Shown: positions 46,196 to 60,139 of the stretch, one piece after another
How the letters are laid out: every line of letters begins with the position of its first letter
Position numbering within the stretch: the first letter of the stretch is position 1
NCBI GenBank assembly: GCA_973895155.1
Contig: OZ316895.1
Span: 1,440,412 to 1,504,411 of the forward strand
From: Marsupella aquatica
Lineage: Eukaryota > Plantae > Marchantiophyta
DNA length: 64,000 nt
Direction of reading: 5' to 3'
The notes under the pieces: model-generated
What the model was told of the DNA's origin: nothing
The model's database searches: none
What the model saw: the letters and a program-made list of their open reading frames with translations, nothing else
Program-made: the position numbers and the translations under genes

Positions 46196-49100
46196 ATGGG
46201 CGAATTGCTGTTGTTGGCGTCGTGGAATGTGTGTGGTTTATGTGAGACTAATCGTAAGCATGTAGTAAAGAATTGGGTGCAGTCATTACGGGCCCCTGTC
46301 AGCATCCTGGCTCTACAAGAAGTTAAAGCTGAACAATTTCGCCTGGATTTGGCTTTGAGGGCTATCCTCCCTACGTATCAATTCTTCTCGTCGGCTCCTG
46401 ATGAGGGAAGAGGAGGCACAGCTCTGCTAGTTCACCCGGAGTTGAAGGTAGTGGCATCGGGACTGTTAAAACTGGGGCGGGCGGTGTGGATTATCCTGGA
46501 GATTGGTGGAGAAAGGACGGGAGTAGTATCAATTTACGCGCCTAATTCAGCACGACAAAGGGCCGTGCTGTGGTATGACCTCAAGGTGGGGCTACCAGCG
46601 GAGAATTGGATTCTGTGTGGGGACTTCAACATGACTGAGTTGCAACAGGACTCAACTGGTGGCTCATCTCTTATCGGTGGCCGGGAGGCGGAGTTCTGGA
46701 GATTTCTTAAAGTTCGGTTTGACATGGAAGATGTGTACACACTAAGAGGTGGTGCTGTGGGAGCTAAGTTCACATGGAGAAGGAACCGGAATGGAGTTTG
46801 GTCGCAGTCCAGACTGGACCGTTTTTATATTAGCGGCAAAGGCTGGTGGCTAGGCGAAATTATGGAGTTGCGACATGAGGGGGGTTTTGCATTATCGGAC
46901 CATGACCCGATTATGCTGTGGGTTCGGCTGCAAGGAAATTGTACTGATGGGGAGAGAGGTAAAGCAAAGTTTTTCAAGGCAAATCCGGCTTTACTTAGGA
47001 GGCAGGCCGACGTGGAGCTGCTCGAGTTGGCCTGGAAGGAGGGGAGGAGAGGATTCATGGATCCTCACCTTCGGTTTGCCAAGGCAAGTATGCAACTAAG
47101 AAGTACTTATAAGGCGCTGCAGGCACGACCAAAGGAGGCAGAGGAAGGACTGGAGTTCTTAAGGGCAAAATTGCGCGCTCTTAAAAATGCCATTTTGGAC
47201 TCACAGACTGAGACAGACATTCTGGATTACGTGCTAATGGAGGATACTTTGCATTCGACAGAATTTGAAGTGGCAAACAGAGGCCGTAGACTTGCAAGCG
47301 TTAAATGGCTTGGAAGCAATGAAGTTGCTGATAAGAGATGATGGAACGGAGATTACAGAACCACGGATTATACTGAAGGAAGTACAGCGGATGTGCTCGG
47401 CTCTTTACTCTCCTCCTGAAATGACCTGGGACGAGGGAGTGGTGCAAAGGAGGGAACGGTCAAGGCTTTTGCAGAACATGAGGTTTGCACTTTCGAATGG
47501 GGCAATGAGGAGAATGGATGCTTTGCCCACAACTAAGGAAGTGAAAGATGTATTATGGATGCTCCCTTGCGACAAATCACCTGGGCCGGACGGGATGACT
47601 GCAGAGGTGTACCGTGCTTGTTGGGACTTTATTGGAGAAGATCTGGTAGAGATGATTCAAGCATTCTGGCTTACTGGGGAGCTGGACAGGGGGATCAAGG
47701 AGGGGATCATCAAGCTTATTCCGAAAAAACCTGACAAACGACTCCTTAAAGACTGGCGACCGCTCACGATGCTCAACACAGTATACAAGATCATTGCCAA
47801 GATCTTGGCTTTGCGGCTGAAGCCTCTACTGAACCAGATGATCAGCCCGCAGCAGACTGGTTTTATCCCAGGTCGTCATATCCTGGAGAACATTTCACTG
47901 GCATGGTTGGCGTGCGATTGGGTGCAGAAGCAGAAGGCTGAATCACTTTTTCTAAAGCTGGACTTTGAAAAGGCGTTTGATCGAGTTAACCATGAGTATA
48001 TATGGGAGACTATGCACGTATTGGGCATAAGCAGTCATTTCATTAAGCTTGTACAAGCTCTTCTTTCACAAGCTTCATCGAGGGTCCTGGTGAATGGTTA
48101 TTGCTCTGGGCCGATTGAATTGCTAAGGGGTGTGCGTCAAGGCTGTCCTCTATCGCCACTGCTTTTTGTCATCTCAACCCAACCATTAATGGACTTCCTA
48201 GATGCGGAGTTGGCTGCGGGTAGGATGAGTGGTATTGCAATCTCAGAAACATTGACTATCTGTTATCGTCTGTTTGCGGATGATGTGGGTATGTTTATTC
48301 CTGCCTCAGAGCAGGCTTTCAAGGAGGCCACGGTGGCGTTGGCGTGCTATGAGACGGCCTCTGGAGCCCGGTTGAACCTGCGTAAATCTGTGGTGATCCC
48401 GCTGGCTCTTAATGTCATCCCACGGTGGCTGCTGGAAGTTGGATGTCACGTTTGCCAGAGAGGGGAGATACAAAAGTACCTGGGGGGCCCCCATTGGTGT
48501 GGGTTTGAGGACTGAGCAACTTCACAAATTCTGTCTGGATAAAGTGAGTGGTCGGCTAGCATCTTGGACTAACAAGCTGCTCTCATTTACAGGGAGGACC
48601 TTATTAGTAAAACATGTGTTGCAGGCAATCCCAATTTATCACGTCATGCATTTCAAAGCTTCAGCCGAGTTGGCAATGAAACTGAGTGCTCTCAGTCGCG
48701 ACTTCTTGTGGGGTTATAATCCGGCTGGAGGGAGGAAAATTCCGTTGGTTGCTTGGGCAAAGATGTCTCTGCCAAAGGTTGAAGGTGGCCTGGGCTTTAA
48801 AGACTTTAAGAGCCACTCAGATGCTCTTTTGTCACAGTGGTTTATTAAAGCTCTGAATTCCCCTGATATGGAATGGGCTAGAATGCTTGCTGCAAACCTC
48901 TCCTTAATGGGCTGGTTGAATTACAAAGTCATACGCAGGAATCAGTATTCGCTCAAGGATAAGCTTTTGCTGTGTTCTCCCCGCACCGGAGGTGGTCTTT
49001 CATATACCGCTGGTCTGTGGAAGGCCTGGGAGCAGGTGAGAGCACATCTCTCGTTCGAACCTGGTATGTGGGGTATTCCAGGGCGCTGGAGCATTCAGGA

Positions 49101-50064
49101 TACCCTGAGATGCATTACAGAGTTTAACTCGCTGCCAAACGTGGATATATTAGGAATTACTGCCATTTGTGGCAGGCTGGGCTTGAGAAGTATTAAGGAT
49201 GGATGGTGTACGGAGAGTGCTGGTTGGAAGGAGATGCCCCTGCGATGGCATCAAATGAGGGGTTTCTCTGAGGAGCAACGCGGGTTAACTAAGGCATTTT
49301 TGGCGAAGATCTGGGCGTCTGGCTCCTGTTCCCTGAACCTGGACCCTGGGGCTCGGAGGTGGAGATGGGCTGATAAGGTTGGGCCCCTGAAGAACTTTGA
49401 TATTGCCAATTGCAGGGTGTATGAGTTTCTTAGACCATCTGTGTCATTCTATGAGCGTCTGAACTGTATCTGGTCATCGAATGGGACTGAGATGGAGTGA
49501 AATAAGAGATGGAGTCTTCTGTGGAGGTCCGATCTTTCTTGCAGGGCCAAGACCTTCATTTGGAGGGTGATTGTTGGGGGTCTGTTCACGGGTGAGAGGG
49601 CTCTTAGAATTAAAGCTAGTAACGGCGAATGCAAGTATTGCAGTGGGCTGCTGGAGTCGATGCCACATCTGTTTGTTCAATGCAGGTTTGCTATCAGGTG
49701 CTGGCAGATGTATAGGGATGTGCTTGGGACTCTGCGGGTGCCTTTCGGAGTTGGTCTGCTGCCCCTGTTGGATGATTCCCTGGGGAAGGAAGTTACTCAT
49801 TCTGTGAAGCTGTTTATGCTTTACCAAATGTTGTGGATGATCTGGAGGGCCCGTAATGATCATATGTTCCAGGCCGGTGCTAGTAGGAAATTTGATTTTG
49901 GTTTGGTGCTCACTGAGACGGCAGATCACTTGTTTGCTGTGGGCTGCCGTTTTCCGCTTGGCAGGCGTCATGCCCGGGTGAGCCGGGCCGGCGAATGGCT
50001 TGCTTTTCATCGTCAGGATTGGTTTCGGGCTGGTCGGCTTCGCTTTGGTGGTGGCGTGGTGTGA
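46196..50064 (+). pseudogene. LINE ORF2 (AP endonuclease, reverse transcriptase, zf-RVT)
   Basis: SWNVCGL, LQEVK, GDFN, SRLDRFY, SDHDP; KSPGPDG, WRPLTMLN, KLDFEKAFDRV, GVRQGCPLSPLLF, LFADD; CKYC..ESMPHLFVQC. Frameshifts near 47330 and 48485, stop at 49498. Confidence 0.92.
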
Positions 50065-50781
50065 TGTCTTTTGGCGTGGTAGTGTCATTGTTAGTTGCTC
50101 ATTGGTTTTCTTGGGCTCCTAGGGGCCCTGTTGGGGGTGTGGGGCTGCTGGGGAGTGTTGGCCCCGGACTGTTGCCCCTGCTGTGTTGTTAGGTTCTGGC
50201 TGCATTGGCCTTTGTTGTCCCCCCCTATCCGTGGGGTTTCACGGTATTAAAATTTATAAAAAATCCATTCCAAGGAAAACCTGACAATTGGAGTCCTTAA
50301 GCTAAATTTATGGGGCCCGTCTCTAGATTCTAAGAAGTAGGAAATAACCCAATTCACTGTACCTGGTCGTCAATGTGGAGCAAAAGACTTGATGGGCCCC
50401 TCTAGGTAAAGATATCCTTGAAGAGCCCCTCACTTTTTAATATACTTTCTGGGCCCTGCAACCCTTCTTCGTGACCTGTCTGATTATCTTTTCACATTTT
50501 TCCTTTAAAATTATCTTTTCACATTTTTAATTCTAACATCTTACTTACAGCTATGTATGTCAGTCAATGAGGTGACTAATCTTTGTCACATCCTTGTTTT
50601 TTGTCCACTCTCATTTCAGTTTTGTCTTTAATTGAATCCATCTCATTTTTGTTCATCTTCATAATTTATTTTTTATTGAGACTCATGATCACTTTTGTAT
50701 GTATTAAGAGTTACTATCTAGAGGCTTCACTCTAGCCCCTACTGTAGGCCCTTAAGAGTACACTTAGTTTGGGCTTTTATA

Positions 50782-51025
50782 CTAAGACGAGCCCTATGCC
50801 CATGCGTTGCACGGGGCAAGGAGGGCCTACCCATCGGGAGTAGGGCCAGGGCATTTACGGGCCAGCCTGGGGAAGCACATATGCACAAGGGGTACTCATT
50901 TCCTTTATCAATGGTAAAAAAAGACAGCTAAACTAATCCAAAGGCTGTGGATCTTTCCCACCCAGGAGTTTTTTTGTATTGGGATGAAGAAGAAAAAACA
51001 GGGGATCCCTTATCATAGTTGTAGA
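50782..51025 (-). mobile_element. Possible short non-autonomous Helitron remnant
   Basis: The minus strand shows a hairpin CCCGTGCAACGCATGGG shortly before ...CTTAG|T, like a Helitron 3' end. The terminus is imperfect and the other end is uncertain. Confidence 0.35.
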
Positions 51026-53059
51026 CGTTACAATTAAAAAAAAGGTTGGAGGGACAAGGGGCCCCACTAGTTGAGGGGCTCGGATATCTTTTCCAAGTAT
51101 TTTGCTGCGTCAATAGAGGGGCCCATCAAGTATTTTGCTGCGTCAATGTGTGCAGAATCGCCGTGATACTTTTTCCACTTTCGAGGGCAGATTCTGCGGA
51201 CATGCTATTACGAGTACCGGTCCCCACTAAAGTACAGACTGAGCACTGCGTGTTTCAATTTCTGTCCAGTGATCTGCATGGCTTGCTTCTGTTCTGACCT
51301 TCGAAGAATAGAATGATGCTGATCACCGAGAACCACACGAGGGGATACACTCATGATGACAGAATCTTGGGCAAATTGGGCTCATGGTTGGTTGTGGAGG
51401 GTACACCTGGTTTGCAATCAGGATTTTATAGGCGAGATTTTCATGGTACCCCACATTGTTGAACGAAACATATTAATTATGCAGTAGATGTGGTACCTAT
51501 GTGGGTACCTCTCTCATGGATAGTAAGCTTCAAGGGTGTGTGGTGATTAGGGCATCTCCACCGGTGGCACGCCCTCTGCCCAGGAAAATAGCTCCTGTCT
51601 GGGACGAAAGAGCTTTTCTCCACTTGGAATGACAAAGCTTTTCGATGGTCCTCTTTCTTGAAAATGTGGAGCCTCGATCTTGAGAGAAACAGTACCAGCA
51701 ATGCACCCTGATGCATAGAATTGCTTTGTTACACTTTTTGAATCCGGTGGCCTGCAGACACCCTTTCTATTTTCCGTCACGGCTCTCTGCTATTGGGATT
51801 CGGCTATATTGATTGCAGATGGGATGCAGGTGAACTGGAGGTGTGCTGCCTGCAGAATTGACCGTGGACAAGGCCGCATTGGTGGTAATTTGCGGGTACT
51901 ATTCGTTTCCACTTTATTTCGCTTACAGCATACTTCCCACTTTCTAAGAGAACACCCCCGATGAAGAAGATACATACAATCGAGAACTCATGCTATTCAG
52001 TCACTCGGATGTATATCCAACGACAAAGAGAGAACTCCATCAATTTGAGGTGAAAGGGTATTGGAATATAGGAGAGGCTCAATCGATACTAGTCTGTTCG
52101 AGCTGAGGATGGATAGTGCAGTGGCCAGATGCAAGATTACTTGAGAAGTCTCTAAATTGTACGTACTTTCTTGGAAAAATTATCAGTCGTCATTTCCCCC
52201 CCCCTGCATTTCTTCGTGAAACTTTTGTAAGGAAAGGCCTATCGTCGTTCATGACAAACTTGTCAATTGGGATGAGGAAGGCAGAAAGAGGTGAAGGGAT
52301 ATATATGTGTAGACTCGTTCTGTCTTTGAAGAACTTTGTTCTGTCGCTTGGCCCGATTTGGTCTACCAGAGCATGGAATGTCACATATGTATTTTTAGGA
52401 CAGAAAGAGATGACGATGGAATTCCAGAGGAGGATTTGCACATAAACCGAATCGCATTTATCTTAACAAGTTGTGTGGGAGCTTTTGTCAATTAAAGGCT
52501 TAGAGAAAGATGTCATAAGGAGAGACGCAGAAGAGGACAGTGAAAGTGAGATGATACTCATGGGAAGGAAATTGCACCTGGGATCCGAACGGACGGAGTC
52601 AGTCGTGGTTAAGAGAGAGGCAATGCATGGAACTTAGAACCCAAGGAGACAGAATCAGGCTGATAGAATCAAGCTGTGAAACTACACGACGCAGAACTGA
52701 TTGGGTGCGATGATACTACTTTTTAATGTACAGCGTGGATGAGCGGAGTGAAACCCAGGAAGAGTGAAGTGAGGCTGATCAGAGGCACTGAATTACGTGG
52801 AGACAGAAATTGACGCGCCAGCCTGCCACTTCATGTGTGCATTGTCTGTCGCCGTTTTATATTAGAGGGAAGGAGAGATGAGCAAATTACGGTGAAGACC
52901 TGATCTTTGATGATTGCCCTGTCGCCCCGCAGGTCAAATTATGACGGCAAGAGGATTTGTTTCTTTTAAGTAAGATGTAGGATCGAAGTGCTGCAATAGT
53001 TGCACCATTTGGAGTGTTATCAGCTCGTCAGTCATCCTTCGAAGGCAGACGACGAAGCA

Positions 53060-56000
53060 ATGGCGCAATCTACAGACTCAGCCCAGGACACTCAACACTC
53101 GGTAATGGAGAGAACCAATCTGGTGGGAGTGGAGGGCGATGAAGAAGTGAGAGTGGAGCCGATACGAACAAAATGGTCAAGATTGGCTCTGGGAGTTATT
53201 TTGTGGTCAGCTGTGCCCTACTACATAGTTCTGAATGTTCTACTTCCGACAGAACTCGGTCAATACTATTTATTGGAGACTTGGATTCAGAAGGCACAAG
53301 CATTTATGCCTTACTATGGCACGCATGGTCAGATTTCTTCGCCTTTCTCCCAGATTCGACTTCAATTTGTAGAAAAAATCATCAATGTCTTCGACAATCA
53401 TCTTCCTGGTGTGGGCTCTTTTTGGTAGGTAAGTTTTTGGTTTCTCACGTGATAAAACAGAAAGTCCAAGCTGTTATTTCAATGTCGTTGGTAGTATTGT
53501 ACGAGATAAAGATGTACTACTCCCCGCTTGGCAGTATAAGAACACGAGTTGGAGGTCTCTGCAAATATAAGCAGAACCGTAGATCATGGAAAGTAACCTC
53601 TGAAAGTTACGTTTTAGCGAAAGACACTCCAAATAGTTCTATGAATCAAATTGTGATAAGTGGAAATTACGATTTGATTTCTCTGATCCATTACCGGAGA
53701 TGGACCAACGAAATGAATGACTGAGTAGTGAACTGGATTCGCGACATTCAATTGCTGACAAGGAATGGGAACCACTGGATTCTATAGTTAGCATAAAGGA
53801 AGCGGGGTTTTGGTCCACAAGCAATGATAAGGGATTTACAAATTATGTCGAGGAATGCTACGGATCTACATAATTATACACACTGGCTGATTGCTTATGT
53901 CCTCATAATGTCTTAATTTCCTCTCGTGCACAATTCAAAACAAGAAATACAAACTGGGTGCCAGCAGCAACCCTACAAGAGAGCGGCAGTCGATCTAATG
54001 ACGCTTTAATAGTACTCTTCACCTGCTATGGTGTAGGATGCTTCGTTCTTGGTATCAGTCGTTGTAAATTAGTGAGCTCAAATGATTTCTTCTGCCTATG
54101 GAAGAAGCTCGAAATTTAAACTCGTGGTAAAGCGTAGAAAATAGACGGGACTGGAATTATGATCAGCGGTCATAATTGACCATGTATGTCAGCCATTATG
54201 TGCACGAAAAGCCATGAGGTAACTGCATATACCATGTCCAGGTGTCTCGCAGGATAATGAAGTCCTCTTTCCTTCTGTTGGGGAGAAGGCGCGGTAGGGG
54301 GGGGATAATGGGTTGCTTAGTTTTGACTTTTTGTGTGTCCTTTGGCTGGATGCTGCAGGAGCGTACATACTTCTCTGGGGTGGCCCGATTTTCCTCCTTG
54401 TCTTCGGTGGAGTTATCTATCTATACCTCTTTCCCAGATCATCTCGACGGTATGCTTATTTTGATGCAAACTGAGAAAGGTCCAACGTCAAAGATCGGTA
54501 CCTTTTTCAGGAGCAATTTCGAATGAATAATTGGGCGACTTTACCATTATAGGATTTTACCATTCTTTATTCATCGCTCTCAGGAATAGGCACGGCTTAC
54601 TACAGGTGTCGTGATGGATCCTTTAAGATGAGACGAGCATTGCTAGCTTCGGCCCATAATTACTTACGAAAGTTCTCCTGGAAACTGCAGACCTATTAAA
54701 CGGAAGGCTCCAAGAGCTAGTCTCGGAAATAATCCGTTGATCGTCAGCGGTCCTTTTGGAGTAGTCTCTGCAGCAGAGCTTCTCTGCATCGTGACCTTCA
54801 CTCTTGTCATAACGTGGTTACTGGTCCTGGAAATTCTCCGTAGGATCCCGATAACCGCGGAAAAGTTCTCTTCAGCCCCTGCTTTGTAAGTCACATCGCA
54901 CATGGGGGTCAGTTTTACCTTCCGTGACTTTTCTTAATTCCGGTGATACTCCTCATCATAGATTGTGGAGCGTACTTCAAGGGGCCAGGCATCCTTTGGT
55001 GGACAAATGTTTTTCCTCCCCGCGAGTAATATTCCTTATTTATGTCCGAAGTATTTAGAATTGAAATGAAATGTATGTTTGTGGCACGCAGGTGGCCGTT
55101 TTTCCTAGGATCGGTGGGAGGTTGCTTTGGATTTGTTGGTCAAGTCTGTTTGGGCCTGCTCTTCTTACCTGTGGCAAGAGGCTCTGTTCTACTACGACTA
55201 ATTGACATACCATTTGAACATGCTGCAAAGTATCACGTCTGGCTAGGTCATTTCACCATGGCCATGTTCTCGTTACATGGCCTCGCCTTTGTTATTGCGT
55301 GGACAGCAAGAGGAGTGTTGATATCACAAGTAATTTGCAATCCCTTCTCTATTTTGGGAAATTTTATGATGTAACGTTGCACAATGCTTCGCATTCTTAT
55401 GAAGCTGCAGACAAATCGGTACTGTAGAGAAGTCTCTGTGTCTCTACAAACAGTGATGTTGATCACGTTCTCAAATTAATATTGCAACTTGCAAACGGAT
55501 CAAAAGTTACTACATGATTGAGATGATTCTGGGGTGCAAGGTTTTGCATATATATGATGAGACAGATCATAGAAAGCTTAACCCTTTGCTTCAGATCGTC
55601 ATTGGAATGCTTATGCTGGTTTTGTTAACGGTTTTTATTTTGTGTTCACAGCTACTTGCATGGAAAGCTGATTTTGGGATTGCCCATCTGCCTGGAGTTA
55701 TTGGTCTGTTGGTTGGATTGTGTATGTGGGCAACCTCTTTCCAGTCTACCAGGATACGTGCTTTCGAGCTCTTCTACTACACACATCAGCTCTATATTGT
55801 CTTCATCATATGCATGGCCCTACATGTTGGTGATTACATATTTGGGATATGTTTTGCTGGAATTTTTCTCTTCACATTTGACCGATTTCTGAGGTTTTGC
55901 CAGTCAAGGATAAACGTGTCTTTACTCTCAGCAAAAGTCTTGCCATGTGGGACCTTTGAGGTTGTCCTACCTAAGCCCTCAGGTACATATTCTTTCCTCA

Positions 56001-57574
56001 CGATATGGCTTTGCATGTGGGCAGTCTTTTGAAGTGTGAAAATTGAGCTTATGTTGGCTTACGATGTGCAAGATTGAGATTTTTGTAATATCCAACCTCA
56101 CTTACATGAAACTAACTTCAGCTCCTTTACTGTTGCACTACAGACCTACAGTACAATGCCTTGAGTTTCGTTTTCCTCAATGTTCCGGTATTAGGTCGAT
56201 TGCAATGGCATCCGTTTAGTGTGTCATCAAGTCCCAAAGATGACCCCGAGAGCATAAAGTTTCTGATTAAACCCTTGGGGACCTGGACACGGCAATTCAA
56301 TCGAATAGTAAGCGAAGCAGCAGCTGCAAAGTGCCCGTTCCGTTTGAAAGCTGGAGTGGAGGGTCCATATGGGCATGAGACGAGCTACTTTCTAGAGTAA
56401 GTGTTCCGTTGGTTTGTTTTCCCTACTTTTCACTCGGTCATTCAGACTTAGACTTTTGAACAAACCTGTCACTGATAACTGTACTTTGTGCTGAGCAGCT
56501 ATGAAGCGCTTCTATTGGTGGCCGGAGGTATTGGCGTTTCACCTTTTGTCGCTGTAGTCCGAGACATTCTTCAACGCTATCAGCAAAATGAGCCTCATCT
56601 TCCTAAGGATATTACACTAATTTGGGCAGTGAAACATAGTAAGGAGCTGGCCATTCTGGACTCTCTGTCTCCATCGGCCATTTGTCCTGAATATGCCTCC
56701 AGGTTCAATCTGACTGTGAAGGTCTACGTTACGAAAGAAATGGAAGACGACGTAGAGGCAAGAAGCCTTTCTCAAGCGGACCTTGCCAACTACACACAAT
56801 CCACAGAACGCAACCTTGATGCAACCCAGAAGACGATCTCTCGTTTGGTGGGCACCGGAGACATTTTGTGGGTGGGAGCGTCAATTGCAGCATCTCTATT
56901 CGGTTACCTTGTGATAACGGGTCTCGCAGGCAAATACTACCTTTTCCCGGTAGATCACGACTCTTATGATGTCATACCGTGGTGGGTGAGAGGAGTTATT
57001 GTCTGTTTAGGTATTATATTTGGCGTTTGGTTCTTTGGAGGCAGCGTTATACTTTTGTGGCATTTCACGAGTTCAAGATCATCAAAGAAGCTATCACCTG
57101 CAGCTGAGCCTCTCTTAAAAGATTCTGATCATGGAGAAACCGAGATTTCAGTCGGGAAATTGGTGCAGCCCTCTAACACGGTTTATGGATGTAGACCCGA
57201 TTTGCAAGGTGCTCCTCGAGCCCTCTCTCTCTTTTTGTATAATGACTCCTCCATCATTCCATAGTCGTGCACCCAACTTTGTGCTAAGAGGAATGAAGTG
57301 AAAGGTCAATGTGAAGCTCTTGTACTCACTTCAAATCGTGCTAATTAGAATTGGGGTCACTGACTAAGAAGTGGGTTCACTGATGGATGTGGCGAAAACA
57401 GACGTGTTTGAAGGATGTGCAAAGCGACTGGGTGGGAGCAATGTGGGTGTGCTAGTCTGCGGACCCGAGGGATTGCAATCGAGCGTAGCCAGTCAGTGCC
57501 GGGCTTTCAACTCAATCTCTTATAGCCGCCAGAAAGTGGCATTCAGTTACCACTCTGTTAGTTTTGATTTATAG
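53060..57574 (+). CDS. FRO: Ferric reduction oxidase (ferric-chelate reductase, FRO6/7-like), 8 exons, about 752 aa
   Basis: Exons 53060-53327, 54359-54449, 54691-54885, 55092-55329, 55652-55982, 56144-56396, 56499-57208 and 57402-57574 join in frame (2259 nt). Motifs [75 protein letters not shown]. Confidence 0.93.
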
Positions 57575-59085
57575 TCTTGAAAGTATTAAGCTCAGAGGTG
57601 GTAGGATCGAATGAGAAGATGTACTATTTGACACTATGGCTCGACGAAAATGAGGTGGTGTTCCAACCAGGAACCTCCTCTCAACCTTCTATTGTTGTGG
57701 TCTACTCTACGTGTATATATACATGGAGGTGGAAGCTCCGGCTTTACTCAACAAAATGAAGCTGGCTTCAATTAAGGCGCAACCATTGAAGCGGCAGTCT
57801 ACTCTTCGCTTGGGGACTACCTCCGTTGGGGCCTTCCATGGGGAAGATAGAGTTCTCCTACCGGATTTTTCTTTCGAGATTTCCTGCACTAGCAATGGTC
57901 TGCATTTTCCTTGATTAGTGTGCTACCCGATAGTGTACTCCTTGCTCTCCCTACCATTAAGCTCAGTTGTCCGTCAAATGAAAAGGCTATAATGAATTTT
58001 CCGTGTGCGATTAGGCTAGACTGGGTGTCACATGCCAGCCTGACTTTTTGTGGCTAAACGTGGTAGTCGAGAGTCAACAGCTTGGGAGTTTTGTTGGTAC
58101 CTAGTATTTTCGGGAGTTTCTGCGTTGGAATCACAAACTGACTAAGCGTGATTGGTAGTGTATTCCTTAGTGGATGAGAAATTATATCTAAAGTATTGGT
58201 TAGAATGGAAATGGACTGCCTGGTGGGTTAAAAGGTGATTATCCTTGATTCCTGGATCTGCTGGGGACCTCGGGCCTATGGTTGCTTGTTTACATTTCTG
58301 GTGTATTTCATGGTTTGATTGGTGAGGTGACTGACATTTCCGTGCCAAAGAAACGAGTAACAGAGGACAGTATCAAGCTGACGAGATACCAACCATCAAC
58401 GCTTCAATCACTGGTAGAAACGTGTAAATATCTAACACTGCAGTTTCAGTACTTACACTGACACAATGTAGGTCCATTCTGGCTATTTCTGATAGCTTAG
58501 CCCAATCACGGTCTGCTGGCCCGAACTCCGTATCTGAGAGAAATATTTTGTAGCATAGTCTTGCCTTCGCAGGGAAGCATGGCGATGACTTCATCAAGAC
58601 AGTGATGACGATGATCGTCTACTGCTGGATGGCAAAACAGACAGCATGGACCAACTGTCCTGGGCTCTAGTCCGTAGGTGGAAGGAAGAGCCGTTTCAAC
58701 TGCTGATCTGGTTTTATTTTATTTGTACTTTAACAAGACAGGTTCAGCTTTCTTTGTATTCGGGTGTCAGTAAATTCTTTCCATCCCCTACATTTATTTC
58801 GGCAACTGAATTTGAGTCCAGGTCTTGTGTGTTCTGGACACCCTTTACAAGATTTTACAAGATTAAAGTTTCCCCTTTCACACCCTCTCCAACTATAGGT
58901 GCCTTCTATTTTCACTTGGCTATGGCCTGGCAACCTGCACAGCAACTGGTCCCAGTGATGGCTGCTACTGAAACCTTGTTACAAGGCCAGAGTTTGGTCA
59001 CCAGCGTCTGTGTTGCAAGGTTCGAGTGGTCTGTCATACTGTAGCATTACTCTCATGTAATTTTAATTCCAAAATGTTAAAATGT

Positions 59086-60139
59086 TCGTAAGAATTTAAC
59101 GAGGCAATATGTGTATAATAGGACGCTCGTAAGAATTTAGCGAGGCAATATGTGTATCATAGGACGTTCCTTTCCTACCTGCTCCTTCCATTTGTGCCCC
59201 TGCATGGAAAGGACAAGGAGTGGCTGCGCTGTTATTTTCAGAGATGAGGTGGGGACTCCATAGCGTCATAGACAACGAGGAGTCTGTCTACTGTAGGTAC
59301 GAGACTTCATGGCAATTTTTTCTTTTAAAAAGTGATACTAAACAGGATGAAAGGAGTGGACTCCATAGACAATGAGGAGTCTGTCTACAGTAGGTACGAG
59401 ACTTCATGGCAGTTTTTTCTCTTAAAAAAGTGATAGGGAGTGGCTGCGCTGTTATTATCAGAGATGAGGTGGGGACTCCATAGAGTCATAGACAACGAGG
59501 AGTCTGTCTACTGTAGGTACGAGACTTCATGGCAATTTTTTCTTTTAAAAAGTGATACTAAACAGGATGAAAGGAGTGGACTCCATAGACAACGAGGAGT
59601 CTGTCTACAGTAGGTACGAGACTTCATGGCAGTTTTTTTTTTTCTCTTAAAAAAGTGATATTAAATAGGAAGAAAGGAGCAATGCTGGATAAGTTTGGCC
59701 TGAGAAAATTAGCTAGGAAGAAGAGAACAGAACATCCCACCTGATGAAAACAGGATGAATCAAGTTTGCAGATTATTTACATGCGCACGTTAAACCACAC
59801 CTGCCCCTATAATGGGCTACAGGTAACCCGTAGCTCTCATTGTAAAGAGAAATTGTTCAAGAATGTACTTTGAACTCCACAAAAGGTGCTGACTGCAAAA
59901 CCTTCTTTTGACAAGTATTTCACAAAAGGTGCTAGCCTTCCACCTTTTATGGTGAGTAGTGAGACATGGAACCCCTATAATGGGCTATGGGTAACCCGTA
60001 CCTCTCATTGTAAAGAGAAATTGTTCAAGAATGTACTTTGAGCTCCACAAAAGGTGTTGACTGCAAAACCTTCTTTTGGCAAGTATTTCACAAAAGGTGC
60101 TAACTTTCCACCTTTTATGGTGAGTAGTGAGACATGGAA
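59086..60139. repeat. Cluster of tandem duplications: 41 bp x2, 220 bp x2 (each with an internal sub-repeat), 168 bp x2
   Basis: Units start at 59086/59127, 59217/59437 and 59804/59972 and are near-identical by eye. Confidence 0.85.

Larger units (their letters stand above)
43610..50263 (+). mobile_element. L1-clade LINE retrotransposon, near full length, degenerate
   Basis: ORF1 plus ORF2 (APE-RT-zf) architecture, GT-rich 3' UTR and an A-rich tail at about 50247-50263. The 5' boundary is approximate and no TSD was found. Confidence 0.9.

Noticed and set aside
52700-53060. Iron-responsive or E-box elements in the FRO promoter
   Set aside because: Only isolated short words expected by chance; not supportable without comparative data.
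53173-53724. 183-aa ORF overlapping FRO exon 1 and intron 1
   Set aside because: Alternative frame running into an intron, with no motif support.
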